From IMG/VR virus record IMGVR_UViG_3300024259_002152, positions 124,001 to 188,000 of that record: a stretch of 64,000 nucleotides of DNA; one strand, written 5' to 3'. The notes beneath the pieces are model-generated. The model made no database searches. It worked only from the letters and a program-made list of their open reading frames with translations, and was not told the origin of the DNA. Shown here in pieces: positions 26,540-37,884 of this stretch. The translations under genes and the position numbers were made by a program. Position 1 is the first letter of the stretch; each line of letters starts with the position of its first letter.

Positions 26540-27388
26540 ATGAGTTTTCAAGTATTTGAGCAAACAGCAGATGCAGGTGTGCTGAGATGCTTATTGTGTC
26601 CTCACTTCTGCTATCTGGAAGAGGGAGACTTTGGTAAGTGCCGTGTTCGTCAGAATAATGGAGATGGGATTGTTCATATCAAACCAGGGGCCGTTAGTTG
26701 CCTAGCTGTAGAACCTATCGAGAAAAAACCATTTCGACATTTTCTCCCTAATACCAGAACTCTTACGGTCGGTGGGTTTGGATGTAATTTAAATTGTGAA
26801 TGGTGTGAGAATAACACTATTAGTCAAGTCCCTATAGATTCGGAAGCAAGAGTTTTAACGCCTCAAAAAATTACAGAGATAGCGATTGAAAATAGTTGTC
26901 AATCTGTCAACATGTCTTATAATGAGCCTATTATTTCTTATGAATATTTGATGGATCTGGCAGATAGATGTCATGAGTATGATTTAAAATTTGCCTTAAA
27001 AACAAATGGATTTATTAATAAAGAGCCGTGGAGGGAGATTTGCTCGAAAACAGATGCGATCAATATAGATTGGAAAGGATGGACTCGTGCTTTTTTATCT
27101 ATTACTGGAGCAACTGCATTTGTGGCGAGGGATATAGTAAGAGAGGCATATGATTCTGGCACTCATATAGAGGTTAGTATTCCTTTATATTATTCTTCAG
27201 ATGAGATAGAGGATCAGATCCGCAAAGTGGGGAAATTTTTATCTTCTATTGACAAGAGTATTCCTTGTCACTTATTAAGAATATCTCCTTCATATCATTA
27301 TGAACACTTCATTTCTAATTCTGATGATATAGAAAGAGCAAGAGAGATGATGGCAACATATATGAATAATATATATATTGTCATTTAG
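26540..27388 (+). CDS. AmmeMemoRadiSam-system radical SAM enzyme (AmrS-like)
   Basis: CLLCPHFC, EPIEKKPF, GCNLNCEWCEN and YNEP motifs. Confidence 0.85.
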   Translation: MSFQVFEQTADAGVLRCLLCPHFCYLEEGDFGKCRVRQNNGDGIVHIKPGAVSCLAVEPIEKKPFRHFLPNTRTLTVGGFGCNLNCEWCENNTISQVPIDSEARVLTPQKITEIAIENSCQSVNMSYNEPIISYEYLMDLADRCHEYDLKFALKTNGFINKEPWREICSKTDAINIDWKGWTRAFLSITGATAFVARDIVREAYDSGTHIEVSIPLYYSSDEIEDQIRKVGKFLSSIDKSIPCHLLRISPSYHYEHFISNSDDIERAREMMATYMNNIYIVI

Positions 27389-27473
27389 TTCATTTCTAAT
27401 AGATTCATTTCTAAAGATAAGTTGTTTTTATTTCGATATATTTGATGACTAATATATCAGATAGGAATGGTTT

Positions 27474-29423
27474 ATGTTTCATATCGTGCATCTCGTGGAT
27501 AATCTTGGCATTGGTGGCGCCCAATCTATGATGTTTGAATTGTATCAAGCCCTCGCGAATTATTATCCACAATATCCTCAAAGTATTTTTTATACGCAAA
27601 ATAATAGAACAGATGATAAATTCATATCTTCTTATGGGGTTCCTTGTAGATATGCTAAAAATAATGATTGGATATTAAAAAAGATCAATAAAAGAGGTAA
27701 TGTTGTTGTTATTTATCATAAATTAGCTAGTTCTCATTATAAGATATTAGATTTAATTAAAAGTAGAACAAGCGCTAAAGTCGTGGTTATTAATCATACT
27801 CTTTATAAATCATCTTCATGGGCAAGGGTTAAAAGTATTGATATTATGGTGGCAGTTAGTAATCATATGTTGCAGGCTATGCAGCATTGGTATCCTAAGC
27901 TTAATAAAGTATGTATTCATAATTCAGTAGGATCTTATAAATACGACGCTATAGCTCCTAGAAAAGCTAATAAAAAAGGTATTTTATTAACAGGTCGAGT
28001 AAATAGGATATGTCAGTGGAAGCATCCAACTGATTGGGCCAATTGGTGTAAAGATATTAAATTAGAAAAAGCAATGGTTCATGAATATATAGGAAATTCT
28101 GTTGGAAGAAGTAGAAATAATGTTAGAGGGCAAAAAAGCAAAGGAAGAAATGTAGTAAATATGATGGGGGGTATTAGTGATTTTACTACAAAAATTTCTA
28201 TTATGAAAGACTGGGATGTATTTCTATATGAAACAAATAAGGACGAAGGGATAAGTATGGCTATCTTAGAGTCTTTGGCATGTGGTGTTCCAGTTGTTTG
28301 TAGTGACCATTTTGGGAATAAAGAGATTATAGAAGATGGTGTGAATGGGTATGTTTTTAAAAACAGAAAACATGCTGCAAAGATTTTGAATCGTTTAGTG
28401 AAAAATCCAGAAGAATTAAGTAAACTTAAAACGACTACTAAGATTCATTTTAAGGAGAAGTTGGATTCTCAATATATGGCATGTAAATATATTAAAGTTA
28501 TGGAGGAGGTTATGGGAAATAACCCGGATAAGATAAAAGAACCAAAACAAAATGTAGAAATAATTGATAGATTTAAGGATGAAGCAAATTTAATTGAATC
28601 GGAGCCTTCTCGAAAAGAAGTTAGTGTAGAATTGGCAAAAATCCCGGAACCTAGTAGAAAATTTTCTATTTTAACATCTAGTTTTGATAAGGGAGAATTT
28701 TTATATGATTGGTCGAATTCTATTTTGGCCCAGAAATATAGACCATTAGAAGTAGTTTTTGCTAACGACTGTTCGACAGATAATACATTGGAGATGGTAG
28801 AGGGCTTTAAAAAACAATTTTTAGATAGTGGTATCGAATTTGTGCTAGTTAATAACGACAGTAGATTACATTGCGGTTCTTCATATAATGATTTGATCAA
28901 ATATGCCACAGGTTCTTATTTCGGAGTGCTAGATGCTGATGATATGTTGGTAGATGATTCAGTTGAATATGTGATGAAGAAATATGATGAATATAACAAT
29001 GTTACGTGGATATACACTCAATTTGATATTTGCGATATGAATATGAAATCTAGGAAAAGGGGATTTTGCTGTTGTCCTAAAAAAGGTGAAAGTTTATTAG
29101 ATTTGGGGAATAGAAGGGTTCACGGTTTTGGTCATTGGAGAACATTTTGTTATAGATTTCCAAGAATAAATAAAATATTTGGTAAAAAACTAAAATGTGG
29201 CGTGGATAAATTTATGGGATATAGACTAGAAGAGTTTGGTCAGGGGATGTTCGTTGATAGAGTGTGCTATAAATATAGACAACATCCTGTAGGTTCTCCT
29301 AAATCTGTTTCTTCAACAAAAGAGGCCATTAATGTGTGGGGAGATATCAAGAGAAAAGCAAGTTCTCGTAGGAAAAGATATAATTTAAAAACATCTCCAA
29401 TAATTAATTGTAAGAATATATAA
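27474..29423 (+). CDS. two-domain glycosyltransferase (GT4-like + GT2-like)
   Basis: N-terminal half has GGAQ and EGISMAILESLACG; C-terminal half has NDCSTD and LDADD. Confidence 0.85.
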   Translation: MFHIVHLVDNLGIGGAQSMMFELYQALANYYPQYPQSIFYTQNNRTDDKFISSYGVPCRYAKNNDWILKKINKRGNVVVIYHKLASSHYKILDLIKSRTSAKVVVINHTLYKSSSWARVKSIDIMVAVSNHMLQAMQHWYPKLNKVCIHNSVGSYKYDAIAPRKANKKGILLTGRVNRICQWKHPTDWANWCKDIKLEKAMVHEYIGNSVGRSRNNVRGQKSKGRNVVNMMGGISDFTTKISIMKDWDVFLYETNKDEGISMAILESLACGVPVVCSDHFGNKEIIEDGVNGYVFKNRKHAAKILNRLVKNPEELSKLKTTTKIHFKEKLDSQYMACKYIKVMEEVMGNNPDKIKEPKQNVEIIDRFKDEANLIESEPSRKEVSVELAKIPEPSRKFSILTSSFDKGEFLYDWSNSILAQKYRPLEVVFANDCSTDNTLEMVEGFKKQFLDSGIEFVLVNNDSRLHCGSSYNDLIKYATGSYFGVLDADDMLVDDSVEYVMKKYDEYNNVTWIYTQFDICDMNMKSRKRGFCCCPKKGESLLDLGNRRVHGFGHWRTFCYRFPRINKIFGKKLKCGVDKFMGYRLEEFGQGMFVDRVCYKYRQHPVGSPKSVSSTKEAINVWGDIKRKASSRRKRYNLKTSPIINCKNI

Positions 29424-29424
29424 T

Positions 29425-30186
29425 ATGAACGATAAATTTACTATTTTAACATCTTCATTTAATAAATATTCCTATCTTAAGGATTGGTCTAAATCTATCA
29501 TTGCCCAAAAGTATAGACCTTTAGAAGTTGTTATGGTGGATGATTGTTCTGATGATGGTACTAGAAAGCTGGTTAAAAGATTTAGAAAAAGATTTGCGGA
29601 GAATAATATATCTTTTAATTATATTAGAAATAAGAAAAGATTGCATTGTAGTAGTTCTTATAGGAGAGCAATAGAGAATGCTACAGGTGATTTTATGGGG
29701 GTATTAGATGCGGATGATATGCTATCAGATGATGCAGTAGAATACATAATGGGCAAATATAATCGGTATAAAGATATTGCGTGGATATATACCCAATTCT
29801 CTATTAATGATGTTAAAATGAATTATATTAAAGATGGTTTTTGTAGAATGCCTACACCGTGGGGTTCTATGTTGGATTCAGGAGAAAAAAGAAAACAGGT
29901 TTATTCTCATTGGAGAACATTCTCTAAACGTTGTACTGATTTGAGTAATTTATTGCCTGAAGGACTGAGGTGCGCAGTTGATAAGTATATGGGTTATAGG
30001 CTAGAGGAGTTAGGTAATGGGATGTTTATCAATAGGGTTTGTTATAAATATAGGCAAGGTGTTAACAGGGGGATAGTTGCTAAAGAAAGCACAAAAGATA
30101 CGTGGAAGAAGTTGGTTCGAGGGTTAGTAGAGAATAGAAAAAAGCATAATATAAAACCATATCCCATTATAGAAGGTGAAATATGA
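29425..30186 (+). CDS. GT2-family glycosyltransferase
   Basis: VDDCSDD and LDADD; paralog of the C-terminal domain of the upstream gene. Confidence 0.85.
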   Translation: MNDKFTILTSSFNKYSYLKDWSKSIIAQKYRPLEVVMVDDCSDDGTRKLVKRFRKRFAENNISFNYIRNKKRLHCSSSYRRAIENATGDFMGVLDADDMLSDDAVEYIMGKYNRYKDIAWIYTQFSINDVKMNYIKDGFCRMPTPWGSMLDSGEKRKQVYSHWRTFSKRCTDLSNLLPEGLRCAVDKYMGYRLEELGNGMFINRVCYKYRQGVNRGIVAKESTKDTWKKLVRGLVENRKKHNIKPYPIIEGEI

Positions 30187-30851
30187 TAGAAAGAACGAAG
30201 AAACAATGGCATCGTTATTTTATAGAAGAAATTTCTAACATAGTTTGTGAGCACGTGCATTTAGGTAATGATGTTTTTGTTGAATGCGGAGTTAAGCAGG
30301 GGTCTTCATCTGTAAGAATGGCCCAGAGATTGAATATTGATGGTTATTTGTTTGACACCTGGCATGGTTTTCCTGATTTTTCTGATTTTGATTTTAATTC
30401 TGAAATAGATAGGGGCAAAATGAAACGTAGAGTGGAGATGGCTAATGATACCTACGATGATTGTATTCGCAATTTAACTAAAAAAGGAGTTATAAAATTC
30501 TGCACTTTAGTTAGAGGAGACATTCTAAAAACTGTTCCAGAATTTATTAAAGATCTAAATGATTTTGATATAGCGATGATGCATATAGATACCGATTTGT
30601 ATATGCCAGCTAAAATTTCATTAGAACAATTTTGGCCATATGTAAAAGATTCTGGGGTTGTATTTTTTCATGATTATGGAGATAAAAAATGGAGAGGGAT
30701 TAAGAGGGTTGTCGATAAATTAGTTGATATAGATAATAATTTATATTTTTATCAGTTTGATGAAGGCAAATTATTTTCAGCATGCGTCGTAAAGATTAAA
30801 AACGAAGAAAGTTTGAATATTTTTAACAAAATAAAATGTTTGGATAATTAA
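30183..30851 (+). CDS. TylF/MycF-family O-methyltransferase
   Basis: VECGV, FDTWHGF, HIDTDLY and FHDY motifs. Confidence 0.85.
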   Translation: MIERTKKQWHRYFIEEISNIVCEHVHLGNDVFVECGVKQGSSSVRMAQRLNIDGYLFDTWHGFPDFSDFDFNSEIDRGKMKRRVEMANDTYDDCIRNLTKKGVIKFCTLVRGDILKTVPEFIKDLNDFDIAMMHIDTDLYMPAKISLEQFWPYVKDSGVVFFHDYGDKKWRGIKRVVDKLVDIDNNLYFYQFDEGKLFSACVVKIKNEESLNIFNKIKCLDN

Positions 30852-30858
30852 GAAATAT

Positions 30859-31803
30859 ATGAAACTTCTTATAGTAATGAAAAAATTCAGTGGCGGACCT
30901 AAGATATTTAGACAAAGATTGTCTGATGTTCTTGAAAAAGAATCTAAAGAAATGGGAATAGAAATAGTTCATGATCCCAAGGGTAAGTTTGATATAGAAT
31001 TGGCATTTGTAAGAAATTTAATGCAACATAGAAAACCTGTGATTTTAAGAGTGGATGGATGCTATATAGGAGGAGGGTATGAAGGTAAAAATCATCTTTA
31101 CAAAGAGGCCGCTAAAAATGCCAAATTTGTAATTTATCAGTCTGAGTTTTCCCGTAGAATGTGCGAAAGTATATGGCGTATTCAGAGGCCAAATACTATT
31201 ATTCATAATGGGATTAATTTTGACGAATTAAAGGGAATAGAAAAAGATTCATCTATTCCAGGGGGTTCTTTTGTTGCTTCTGCTATATGGAGAAAGAATA
31301 AGAGACCAGTTTCTATGATTCAGGGTTTTATAGATGCAGGCATAAAAAATAATTTCTATATTATTGGAGACACGTACGGCATTCCAGATAAGTATCTTAA
31401 TAGATTTAGAAAACATAAAAATATTCATTTTTTAGGTCCTTGTGATTTTAATAGGTCCATTTCTATTTTTAAAGCATGTGATTATCAATTACATCTTTCT
31501 CAAATAGAGTCTTGTCCGAATGCTGTTATTGAGGGATTGGCTTGTGGGCTTAAGATTTTATATAGCAATTTACAGGGAACAAAAGAAATTGTACCGTCTG
31601 AAGATGGGGTAATGATCAAAACTGATAAGTGGAAATTTCAACCAACAGGTCTTGGTCAGCATGATAGAATAACGTCTGGATTAGTAGCTGATGGCATACG
31701 TAGACTAATGGCGTTACGAAGCGAGAAGAAAACATATCGTCCAGAAATAGATATTCACAATGTTGCTAAACAATATATAAAGGTGATAAAAGAGCATGCC
31801 TAA
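30859..31803 (+). CDS. GT4-family glycosyltransferase
   Basis: IHNG and ESCPNAVIEGLACG motifs. Confidence 0.85.
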   Translation: MKLLIVMKKFSGGPKIFRQRLSDVLEKESKEMGIEIVHDPKGKFDIELAFVRNLMQHRKPVILRVDGCYIGGGYEGKNHLYKEAAKNAKFVIYQSEFSRRMCESIWRIQRPNTIIHNGINFDELKGIEKDSSIPGGSFVASAIWRKNKRPVSMIQGFIDAGIKNNFYIIGDTYGIPDKYLNRFRKHKNIHFLGPCDFNRSISIFKACDYQLHLSQIESCPNAVIEGLACGLKILYSNLQGTKEIVPSEDGVMIKTDKWKFQPTGLGQHDRITSGLVADGIRRLMALRSEKKTYRPEIDIHNVAKQYIKVIKEHA

Positions 31804-32527
31804 AGTATCGGTAATAACGACCTTATATAACTACAGGGATTATATCGTTGATTGTATCGAATCATTTTTGACTCAGGATTTTAAAGATTCTGAAATGATT
31901 ATAGTCGATGATAATTCTACTGATAAACCCTACCCCAGTATTAAAAAATATATATCTGATAGAGTTAAGTATATCAAATTAGATAAAAATAAAGGATATT
32001 CTCATGCTAAAAATGTGGGTATAAAAGCTGCTGATTCTGATGTTCTTGTGATGCTAGATGCTGACGATATGAATGTGAAAAATGGTATATCATTGAGATA
32101 CCAGAAGATACAGGAGGGTTTTGATTTCGTTCATGGTCCAGTTCTGGATTTTACTGTAAAAAGAGGGGAGACAAGGACAAAAGAATCAAGATTGTGGCCC
32201 AAATGGAAAAAGAGCAAACAGAATGCTTCTTGTTATAAATTGGTTCATGCTCAGAGCGCCATGCTAAGAAAAGATATCCATAAGAAGATAGGGTTATACG
32301 ATGAGTCTTTAAGAAGTAAAAGTGATAGAGAAATGTTCGCTAGAATATTTTTTCATAATTTTAAGACAACTTATGTGGAAGATTATGTTAGTTTGTATCG
32401 TAGGCACAATAGGCAAATGCATAGATCTCCAGAAAAGTTAAGAATAAATAATAAGTTACAGAAACACGTCTTAGCATTAATAGAGAAAAGAAAAACTAAT
32501 TTATCAGGCGTTGAGATGTTAAAATAG
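31796..32527 (+). CDS. GT2-family glycosyltransferase
   Basis: VSVITTLYN, VDDNSTD and LDADD motifs. Confidence 0.88.
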   Translation: MPKVSVITTLYNYRDYIVDCIESFLTQDFKDSEMIIVDDNSTDKPYPSIKKYISDRVKYIKLDKNKGYSHAKNVGIKAADSDVLVMLDADDMNVKNGISLRYQKIQEGFDFVHGPVLDFTVKRGETRTKESRLWPKWKKSKQNASCYKLVHAQSAMLRKDIHKKIGLYDESLRSKSDREMFARIFFHNFKTTYVEDYVSLYRRHNRQMHRSPEKLRINNKLQKHVLALIEKRKTNLSGVEMLK

Positions 32528-32534
32528 GATAAAT

Positions 32535-32888
32535 ATGGATAAGCAGGGAAAAATATGGGGTTTTACTTCTGAGATATTTGGTAAGAATAACGTAGAAGTT
32601 TATAGGATAGTTGGGAACTCTAATTGTTATTGTTCTAAACATAAGCACAACCACAAATATAATATGTTTTTTATTGAGAGTGGGAAAATAAAAGTTGAAA
32701 GATGGAAAAACGATTATGATCTTATAGATGAGACGATTTTGCAAGAAGGTCAAACATGTGTGGTTCCTCCTGGAGAATATCATAGATTTTCTATTATTGA
32801 CAGTTGCGTGGTTTATGAATTTTATTGGGTGGAAATAGATTCTAAAGATATTGTTAGGGAAAATGTTGGAGGAATAGAAAGTGAATAA
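32535..32888 (+). CDS. cupin-domain protein (sugar isomerase-like)
   Basis: GKIWG, HKHNHK and VPPGEYHRF motifs. Confidence 0.75.
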   Translation: MDKQGKIWGFTSEIFGKNNVEVYRIVGNSNCYCSKHKHNHKYNMFFIESGKIKVERWKNDYDLIDETILQEGQTCVVPPGEYHRFSIIDSCVVYEFYWVEIDSKDIVRENVGGIESE

Positions 32889-33876
32889 AAAAGCATTTAT
32901 TACTGGTATTACTGGACAGGACGGTTCTTATTTGGCGGAGTTGTTATTAAATAAGGGGTATACGGTTTATGGTATTATTCGCCCTAGTTCTACTTTTAGT
33001 ACAGGGCGTATTGATCATATTGTAGGAAATGATAATTTAAGTTTGATATATGGAGATTTGACAGATGATGGAAAGTTATTTTCCATTTTAAGTGACATTA
33101 AACCAGATGAAGTTTATAACTTGGGTGCTCAAAGTCATGTCAGAGTTAGTTTTGATATGCCTGTGTATACTGTTGATACTGATGCCCTTGGAACATTGAG
33201 AGTCCTTGAAGCTGTGAGGTTAATGGACAATAAACCTAAGTTTTATCAGGCGTCTAGTAGCGAGATGTATGGCAACATAGTAGAAACTCCTCAAAATGAA
33301 AAAACTCCATTTTATCCAAGAAGTCCATATGGTTGTGCAAAAGTATATAGTTTTTGGCAAACAATTAATTATCGAGAAGCTTATTATATTTTTGCTTGTA
33401 ATGGTATATTATTTAATCATGAATCACCAAGAAGGGGGGAAACATTTGTTACTCGTAAAATAACCAGGGCAGCTACGAGAATAAAGTTAGGGTTGCAAAA
33501 AGATCTTTACCTGGGCAATCTTGACGCCAAACGCGACTGGGGTTTTGCAGGTGATTATGTTGAAGCAATGTGGCTGATGCTGCAGCAGGATGAGTCGGAT
33601 GACTATGTTGTAGCAACAGGAGAGACTCATTCTGTAAGGGAATTTTTGGACGAGGTGTTTGAATATCTTGATTTGGATTGGCAAGAATATGTAAAGATAG
33701 ATGAAAGATTTTATAGGCCTACAGAAGTCGATATATTATTGGGGGATCCTTCCAAAGCGAAAGATGTTTTAAAATGGGAACCCAAAGTTTCATTTAAGGA
33801 ATTGTCTAAAATGATGATAAATAGTGATATGAAATTAGCCAAAGAAGAAAAGTTATATAAGGATAATATCGCATAA
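32881..33876 (+). CDS. gmd: GDP-mannose 4,6-dehydratase
   Basis: [22 protein letters not shown] and [15 protein letters not shown] motifs. Confidence 0.97.
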   Translation: MNKKAFITGITGQDGSYLAELLLNKGYTVYGIIRPSSTFSTGRIDHIVGNDNLSLIYGDLTDDGKLFSILSDIKPDEVYNLGAQSHVRVSFDMPVYTVDTDALGTLRVLEAVRLMDNKPKFYQASSSEMYGNIVETPQNEKTPFYPRSPYGCAKVYSFWQTINYREAYYIFACNGILFNHESPRRGETFVTRKITRAATRIKLGLQKDLYLGNLDAKRDWGFAGDYVEAMWLMLQQDESDDYVVATGETHSVREFLDEVFEYLDLDWQEYVKIDERFYRPTEVDILLGDPSKAKDVLKWEPKVSFKELSKMMINSDMKLAKEEKLYKDNIA

Positions 33877-34832
33877 TGAAAACTGGCTATTTTGATAATA
33901 AAAGAGTAGTTGTAACAGGAGGAAATGGTTTTCTGGGAAAATGTGTTGTAAGGAATATAAGGGATTATGCTCTTTCTGATGATAATATATTTACTGTTTC
34001 TAGTAAAGATTATGATTTAGTAAAAGAAGAAAATGTAATTCGAATGTATGAAGATTTACGTCCAGATGTTGTGATTCATTTAGCGGCTGAGGTTGGGGGC
34101 ATAGGAGCTAATATGGATAATCCTGGGCGGTTTTTTTATTCAAATATGGCAATGGGGCTACATTTGATAGAACAAGCTCGTTTGTTTAATTTGGAAAAGT
34201 TTGTGCAGATTGGCACTATATGTGCATATCCAAAGTTTGCTTCGATACCCTTTAGAGAGGAAGATCTTTGGGGTGGATATCCTGAGGAAACAAATGCTCC
34301 TTATGGAATAGCAAAAAAATCTCTTTTGACAATGTTGCAAGCATATCGAGATCAATATGGGTTAAATGGTATTTTTTTATTACCAGTTAATCTATATGGT
34401 CCAGGAGATAATTTTGATATCAATAGTAGTCATGTCATACCGGCTTTGATTAAAAAAATTGTTGAAGCTATCGATATTAATAAAAAATCAATTGAGTGTT
34501 GGGGAACAGGAGAAGCGTCAAGAGAATTTTTATATGTAGAAGATGCAGCAAGAGCAGTTGTCAAAGCAACTGAAAAATACAATGACCCGGAGCCTGTTAA
34601 TATCGGAGCTGGTTTCGAAATTACAATTAAAGATTTGGTGGAAAAAATAGCTAGGTTGTGTGGGTTTTCGGGCGATATTATATGGGACTTAAGTAAACCT
34701 GATGGTCAGCCTCGTAGATGTTTAAATGTGGATAAAGCAAAAAATTATTTTGATTTTCAGGCCGAGATAGAGTTTCAAGATGGATTGAAAAGAACAATAG
34801 ATTGGTATGTAAAGGAAAATAAAAAACAATGA
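33876..34832 (+). CDS. fcl: GDP-L-fucose synthase
   Basis: [31 protein letters not shown] and KPDG motifs. Confidence 0.93.
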   Translation: MKTGYFDNKRVVVTGGNGFLGKCVVRNIRDYALSDDNIFTVSSKDYDLVKEENVIRMYEDLRPDVVIHLAAEVGGIGANMDNPGRFFYSNMAMGLHLIEQARLFNLEKFVQIGTICAYPKFASIPFREEDLWGGYPEETNAPYGIAKKSLLTMLQAYRDQYGLNGIFLLPVNLYGPGDNFDINSSHVIPALIKKIVEAIDINKKSIECWGTGEASREFLYVEDAARAVVKATEKYNDPEPVNIGAGFEITIKDLVEKIARLCGFSGDIIWDLSKPDGQPRRCLNVDKAKNYFDFQAEIEFQDGLKRTIDWYVKENKKQ

Positions 34833-35584
34833 AAAAAGTTATTTTGATCCAAAGTCCAGCGTTTTTATTTGAAGTTGTCCCGATGTTTTATAAAGAAGCG
34901 AAGAAATTGGGCTTCTTTGATAAATTTTATGTGGTTACTGATTATAAAAAGCATGTTAATATGGGGGAAGATTTCAAATTGATAAAATTAGATAAGGATT
35001 TGCAATTTTCTTCTAATATTTTATATGCTTTAGACTTTGTGGAAGAAGATATTTTTACTTTGTGTTGCGAAGACCATATCTTCACTGATCAGAATGATGT
35101 AGATAAATGGAATAAACATTTTGATTATTTTCTTTCTTATCCAGAAATGGGGTTTTTGAGATTATCTAATACTAAGAAGAAAGTTCTCCCAGAGATAGGA
35201 TGTGAAAACGATGCCATATTCCCTATTTCAACAAAATATAGGTATTATATATCTTTGCAAGTAGCTTTTTGGAGGAAAGAGTATTTAAGATTAGCATTAC
35301 ATCCTGGATTAGATGCTGCTGATTTTGAAAGAAAAGGAGCTAAAAAGACTAGGAGAGGAGTTAGAGATAAAGGGACATCGATGAAATCTTATAGCGTTAA
35401 GAGTTGTGTAGCTCGTAGAACTAATTTTTATAAAGATGGCAAATACTACAGAAGGCAATTTGTAGATTATGCTTTGGACAATAATATGGAATTTAATATG
35501 GAGAAAAAAATAAAAAATAAGCAAGGTATTATGTCCTGTCAAGAATATATAGAAAGGTTCAAGAATAATGAACATACCTCCTGA
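34829..35584 (+). CDS. putative GT-A glycosyltransferase
   Basis: CEDH (DxD-like) and SLQVAFWRK; cluster context. Confidence 0.5.
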   Translation: MKKVILIQSPAFLFEVVPMFYKEAKKLGFFDKFYVVTDYKKHVNMGEDFKLIKLDKDLQFSSNILYALDFVEEDIFTLCCEDHIFTDQNDVDKWNKHFDYFLSYPEMGFLRLSNTKKKVLPEIGCENDAIFPISTKYRYYISLQVAFWRKEYLRLALHPGLDAADFERKGAKKTRRGVRDKGTSMKSYSVKSCVARRTNFYKDGKYYRRQFVDYALDNNMEFNMEKKIKNKQGIMSCQEYIERFKNNEHTS

Positions 35585-36569
35585 TAAGTATAAAAGACTC
35601 CTTGCGATAGATAATAAAAATCATATAGTATCTATTCCTAATAGGGTGATGAGAAAGCAGAGGTGGAAGAAAGAGCAGGATGAGAAATTGACACCTAATT
35701 CCATTTGCATAGTATGTAATTTTTCATATTATTACAAGGATAGGGGTTGGTCTGATAATATTGGAGCTATTTGTCATCCTTTTAGAGAGTATAATATTCC
35801 TACTGGTGATAAAAAATTACATTTATTCTCAGAGTCCGATCTCTGCGACAGTTTATGGATGCCAGAAATATCGTTATTGCAAGATAGGTCCAATTATGAA
35901 TATGATTTTTTCTGCTTCACTATAGATAGCAGTCAGGGGGTAAAATGTAAAGGAGCATATGCTCTTCCTTTAATAGTAGAAGTATCTCAAGAATTAAATA
36001 TGAGAGGTTTGATATTAGATTATTATCCTCGTTTTCCGAGACCTCGTTGCGATTCTGGTGGTAACTGGGATGTGCAAATTAGCGAGGTTCGTTCTTCTTT
36101 GAAGGGGCGTAGTAATATAGTCATAAAAAGGGGTTGGTTTGATCAAGTGAAAATCAGCAAATTAATGAATAAGTGTAAATTTGTTATTTTTCCCAATACA
36201 AGAGATGCTAGTCCTAGAACAATACCAGAGACACTATTAAGAGGTAAATCATTAATGATGAATAAAAATATCTTAGGTGGGTGGAAATATATTAATGATA
36301 CGAATGGAATGTTATATGATGGTGCTTTTTCTATGGAGGAATTGAAAAAGGATAGACAATATTATTACGATGAGATTAAAAGATCATTAATAGAAATGAG
36401 AAATAGGAAGTTTGATGCTAAATCTATTAAGAGTAATTATATGGAAAAATACGGGTTCATTAATACCACAAAAAGATTAGCGTCTATTATTAATAAAATA
36501 GAAGGTCATAAAAAATATAGAAATGTTGTTTATACCGATTTTAATAAATATTTGATGTCTATTTTATAA
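35568..36569 (+). CDS. putative GT-B glycosyltransferase
   Basis: FPNTRDASPRTIPETL (GT4-like E/D-x7-E motif). Confidence 0.55.
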   Translation: MNIPPDKYKRLLAIDNKNHIVSIPNRVMRKQRWKKEQDEKLTPNSICIVCNFSYYYKDRGWSDNIGAICHPFREYNIPTGDKKLHLFSESDLCDSLWMPEISLLQDRSNYEYDFFCFTIDSSQGVKCKGAYALPLIVEVSQELNMRGLILDYYPRFPRPRCDSGGNWDVQISEVRSSLKGRSNIVIKRGWFDQVKISKLMNKCKFVIFPNTRDASPRTIPETLLRGKSLMMNKNILGGWKYINDTNGMLYDGAFSMEELKKDRQYYYDEIKRSLIEMRNRKFDAKSIKSNYMEKYGFINTTKRLASIINKIEGHKKYRNVVYTDFNKYLMSIL

Positions 36570-36580
36570 GGATCAGAACA

Positions 36581-37078
36581 ATGGGAAAAGGTTTTTTAAT
36601 GTGCAATGAAATCCATGAATGGATTGAATCTAATCTTCCGAAAGGTAGTGCTATACTAGAATTAGGAAGCGGGAAGGGAACGGCAAGGATGGTTAAAAAT
36701 TATACCGTTTACTCTGTAGAGCATAGTCAGAAATGGATGAACAGATATGGATCTAATTATATTTATGCTCCTATAAAAAATGGATGGTATGATATAGGAG
36801 CCGTTAAGAGGGGCATACCAGAGCATTATGATTTATTATTAGTTGATGGTCCTCCTAGAAAAATAGATGGTGAAAAAATCGGCAGGATGCCTCTAGCTGA
36901 TCATCTGGATTTATTTGATACTGATGTAACTATTATCGTAGATGATTCGGATAGAGGAAGAGAGATGAAACTGTTGAAGCAGATGGTAGAGAAGATGGGT
37001 AGAGATTATAAAAATTATAGAGGTAGAGATCATAGGGGGAAGAGTACTATATTTGCAATTTTTGATAAGGTAGAATGA
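36581..37078 (+). CDS. class I SAM-dependent methyltransferase
   Basis: ILELGSG, SVEH and LLVDGPP motifs. Confidence 0.75.
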   Translation: MGKGFLMCNEIHEWIESNLPKGSAILELGSGKGTARMVKNYTVYSVEHSQKWMNRYGSNYIYAPIKNGWYDIGAVKRGIPEHYDLLLVDGPPRKIDGEKIGRMPLADHLDLFDTDVTIIVDDSDRGREMKLLKQMVEKMGRDYKNYRGRDHRGKSTIFAIFDKVE

Positions 37079-37884
37079 TTATGGGATATGATTTATTATT
37101 TGAAGATTTAATTGATCTTTGTTCAAAGAAAATATTGGCTAAAGTTCCTAAATCTTCCGGCAATATAAAGGGAGCTTTTAATGGAGGGGATTATCTTGGA
37201 AGACCAGGGAAAGATATATTTTTTGCTTTACCTAAACTGAGCGAAAATCAATTTAATAGGGTGGTTGAGCAATTGAGTTTGCAATTTCCTCATGATCCAC
37301 CTAATAATCATGTGGGTTATGCTGGTTGCATTAGGTATATATATGGTCAGTTCGAAAAACAGGGAATATTACGTTCTGAAGAAGATCTTAAAAGGATGAG
37401 TGGAGAAGATATCGATTGGAATTTGCCTAGAAAATTTATGTATTCTTTAAGGGATAGATTTGAAGAACAAAAAAATTATTACGGGTTGTGCTTATTTTAT
37501 GAGATGGAAGCACATAGGTTGGGAGATGAGGCATTCCTTAATAACAATGCGGGCAAAAAAACTGAGATGGAATCATATTATCTCAAATCGGTGGAAAATG
37601 CTTATAAATGCAATAGTTTAAAGCAAATGTTCACTCCACAATTCTGGTGTTTTAAATATTATGCTCGAATAGGAGATCACGATAGGGCTTTGAAATATGT
37701 TTTAAAAACGTTAGAGCAAATGGAAAAACATTGCCCCAGTTCTAAACAGGGATACCTTGTTAAAGCAATGGAGTGTGCTGGATATATGATAAAAAATCAC
37801 CCCAAGAAATGGAAAGAAACATTATCATATTATAAAAAAAACGGAAAAAATGATTGCATAAGGAAAATGGTTAGAAAGTGTTAG
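37075..37884 (+). CDS. hypothetical helical (TPR-like) protein
   Basis: 269-aa ORF coupled to both neighbours. Confidence 0.6.
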   Translation: MIMGYDLLFEDLIDLCSKKILAKVPKSSGNIKGAFNGGDYLGRPGKDIFFALPKLSENQFNRVVEQLSLQFPHDPPNNHVGYAGCIRYIYGQFEKQGILRSEEDLKRMSGEDIDWNLPRKFMYSLRDRFEEQKNYYGLCLFYEMEAHRLGDEAFLNNNAGKKTEMESYYLKSVENAYKCNSLKQMFTPQFWCFKYYARIGDHDRALKYVLKTLEQMEKHCPSSKQGYLVKAMECAGYMIKNHPKKWKETLSYYKKNGKNDCIRKMVRKC

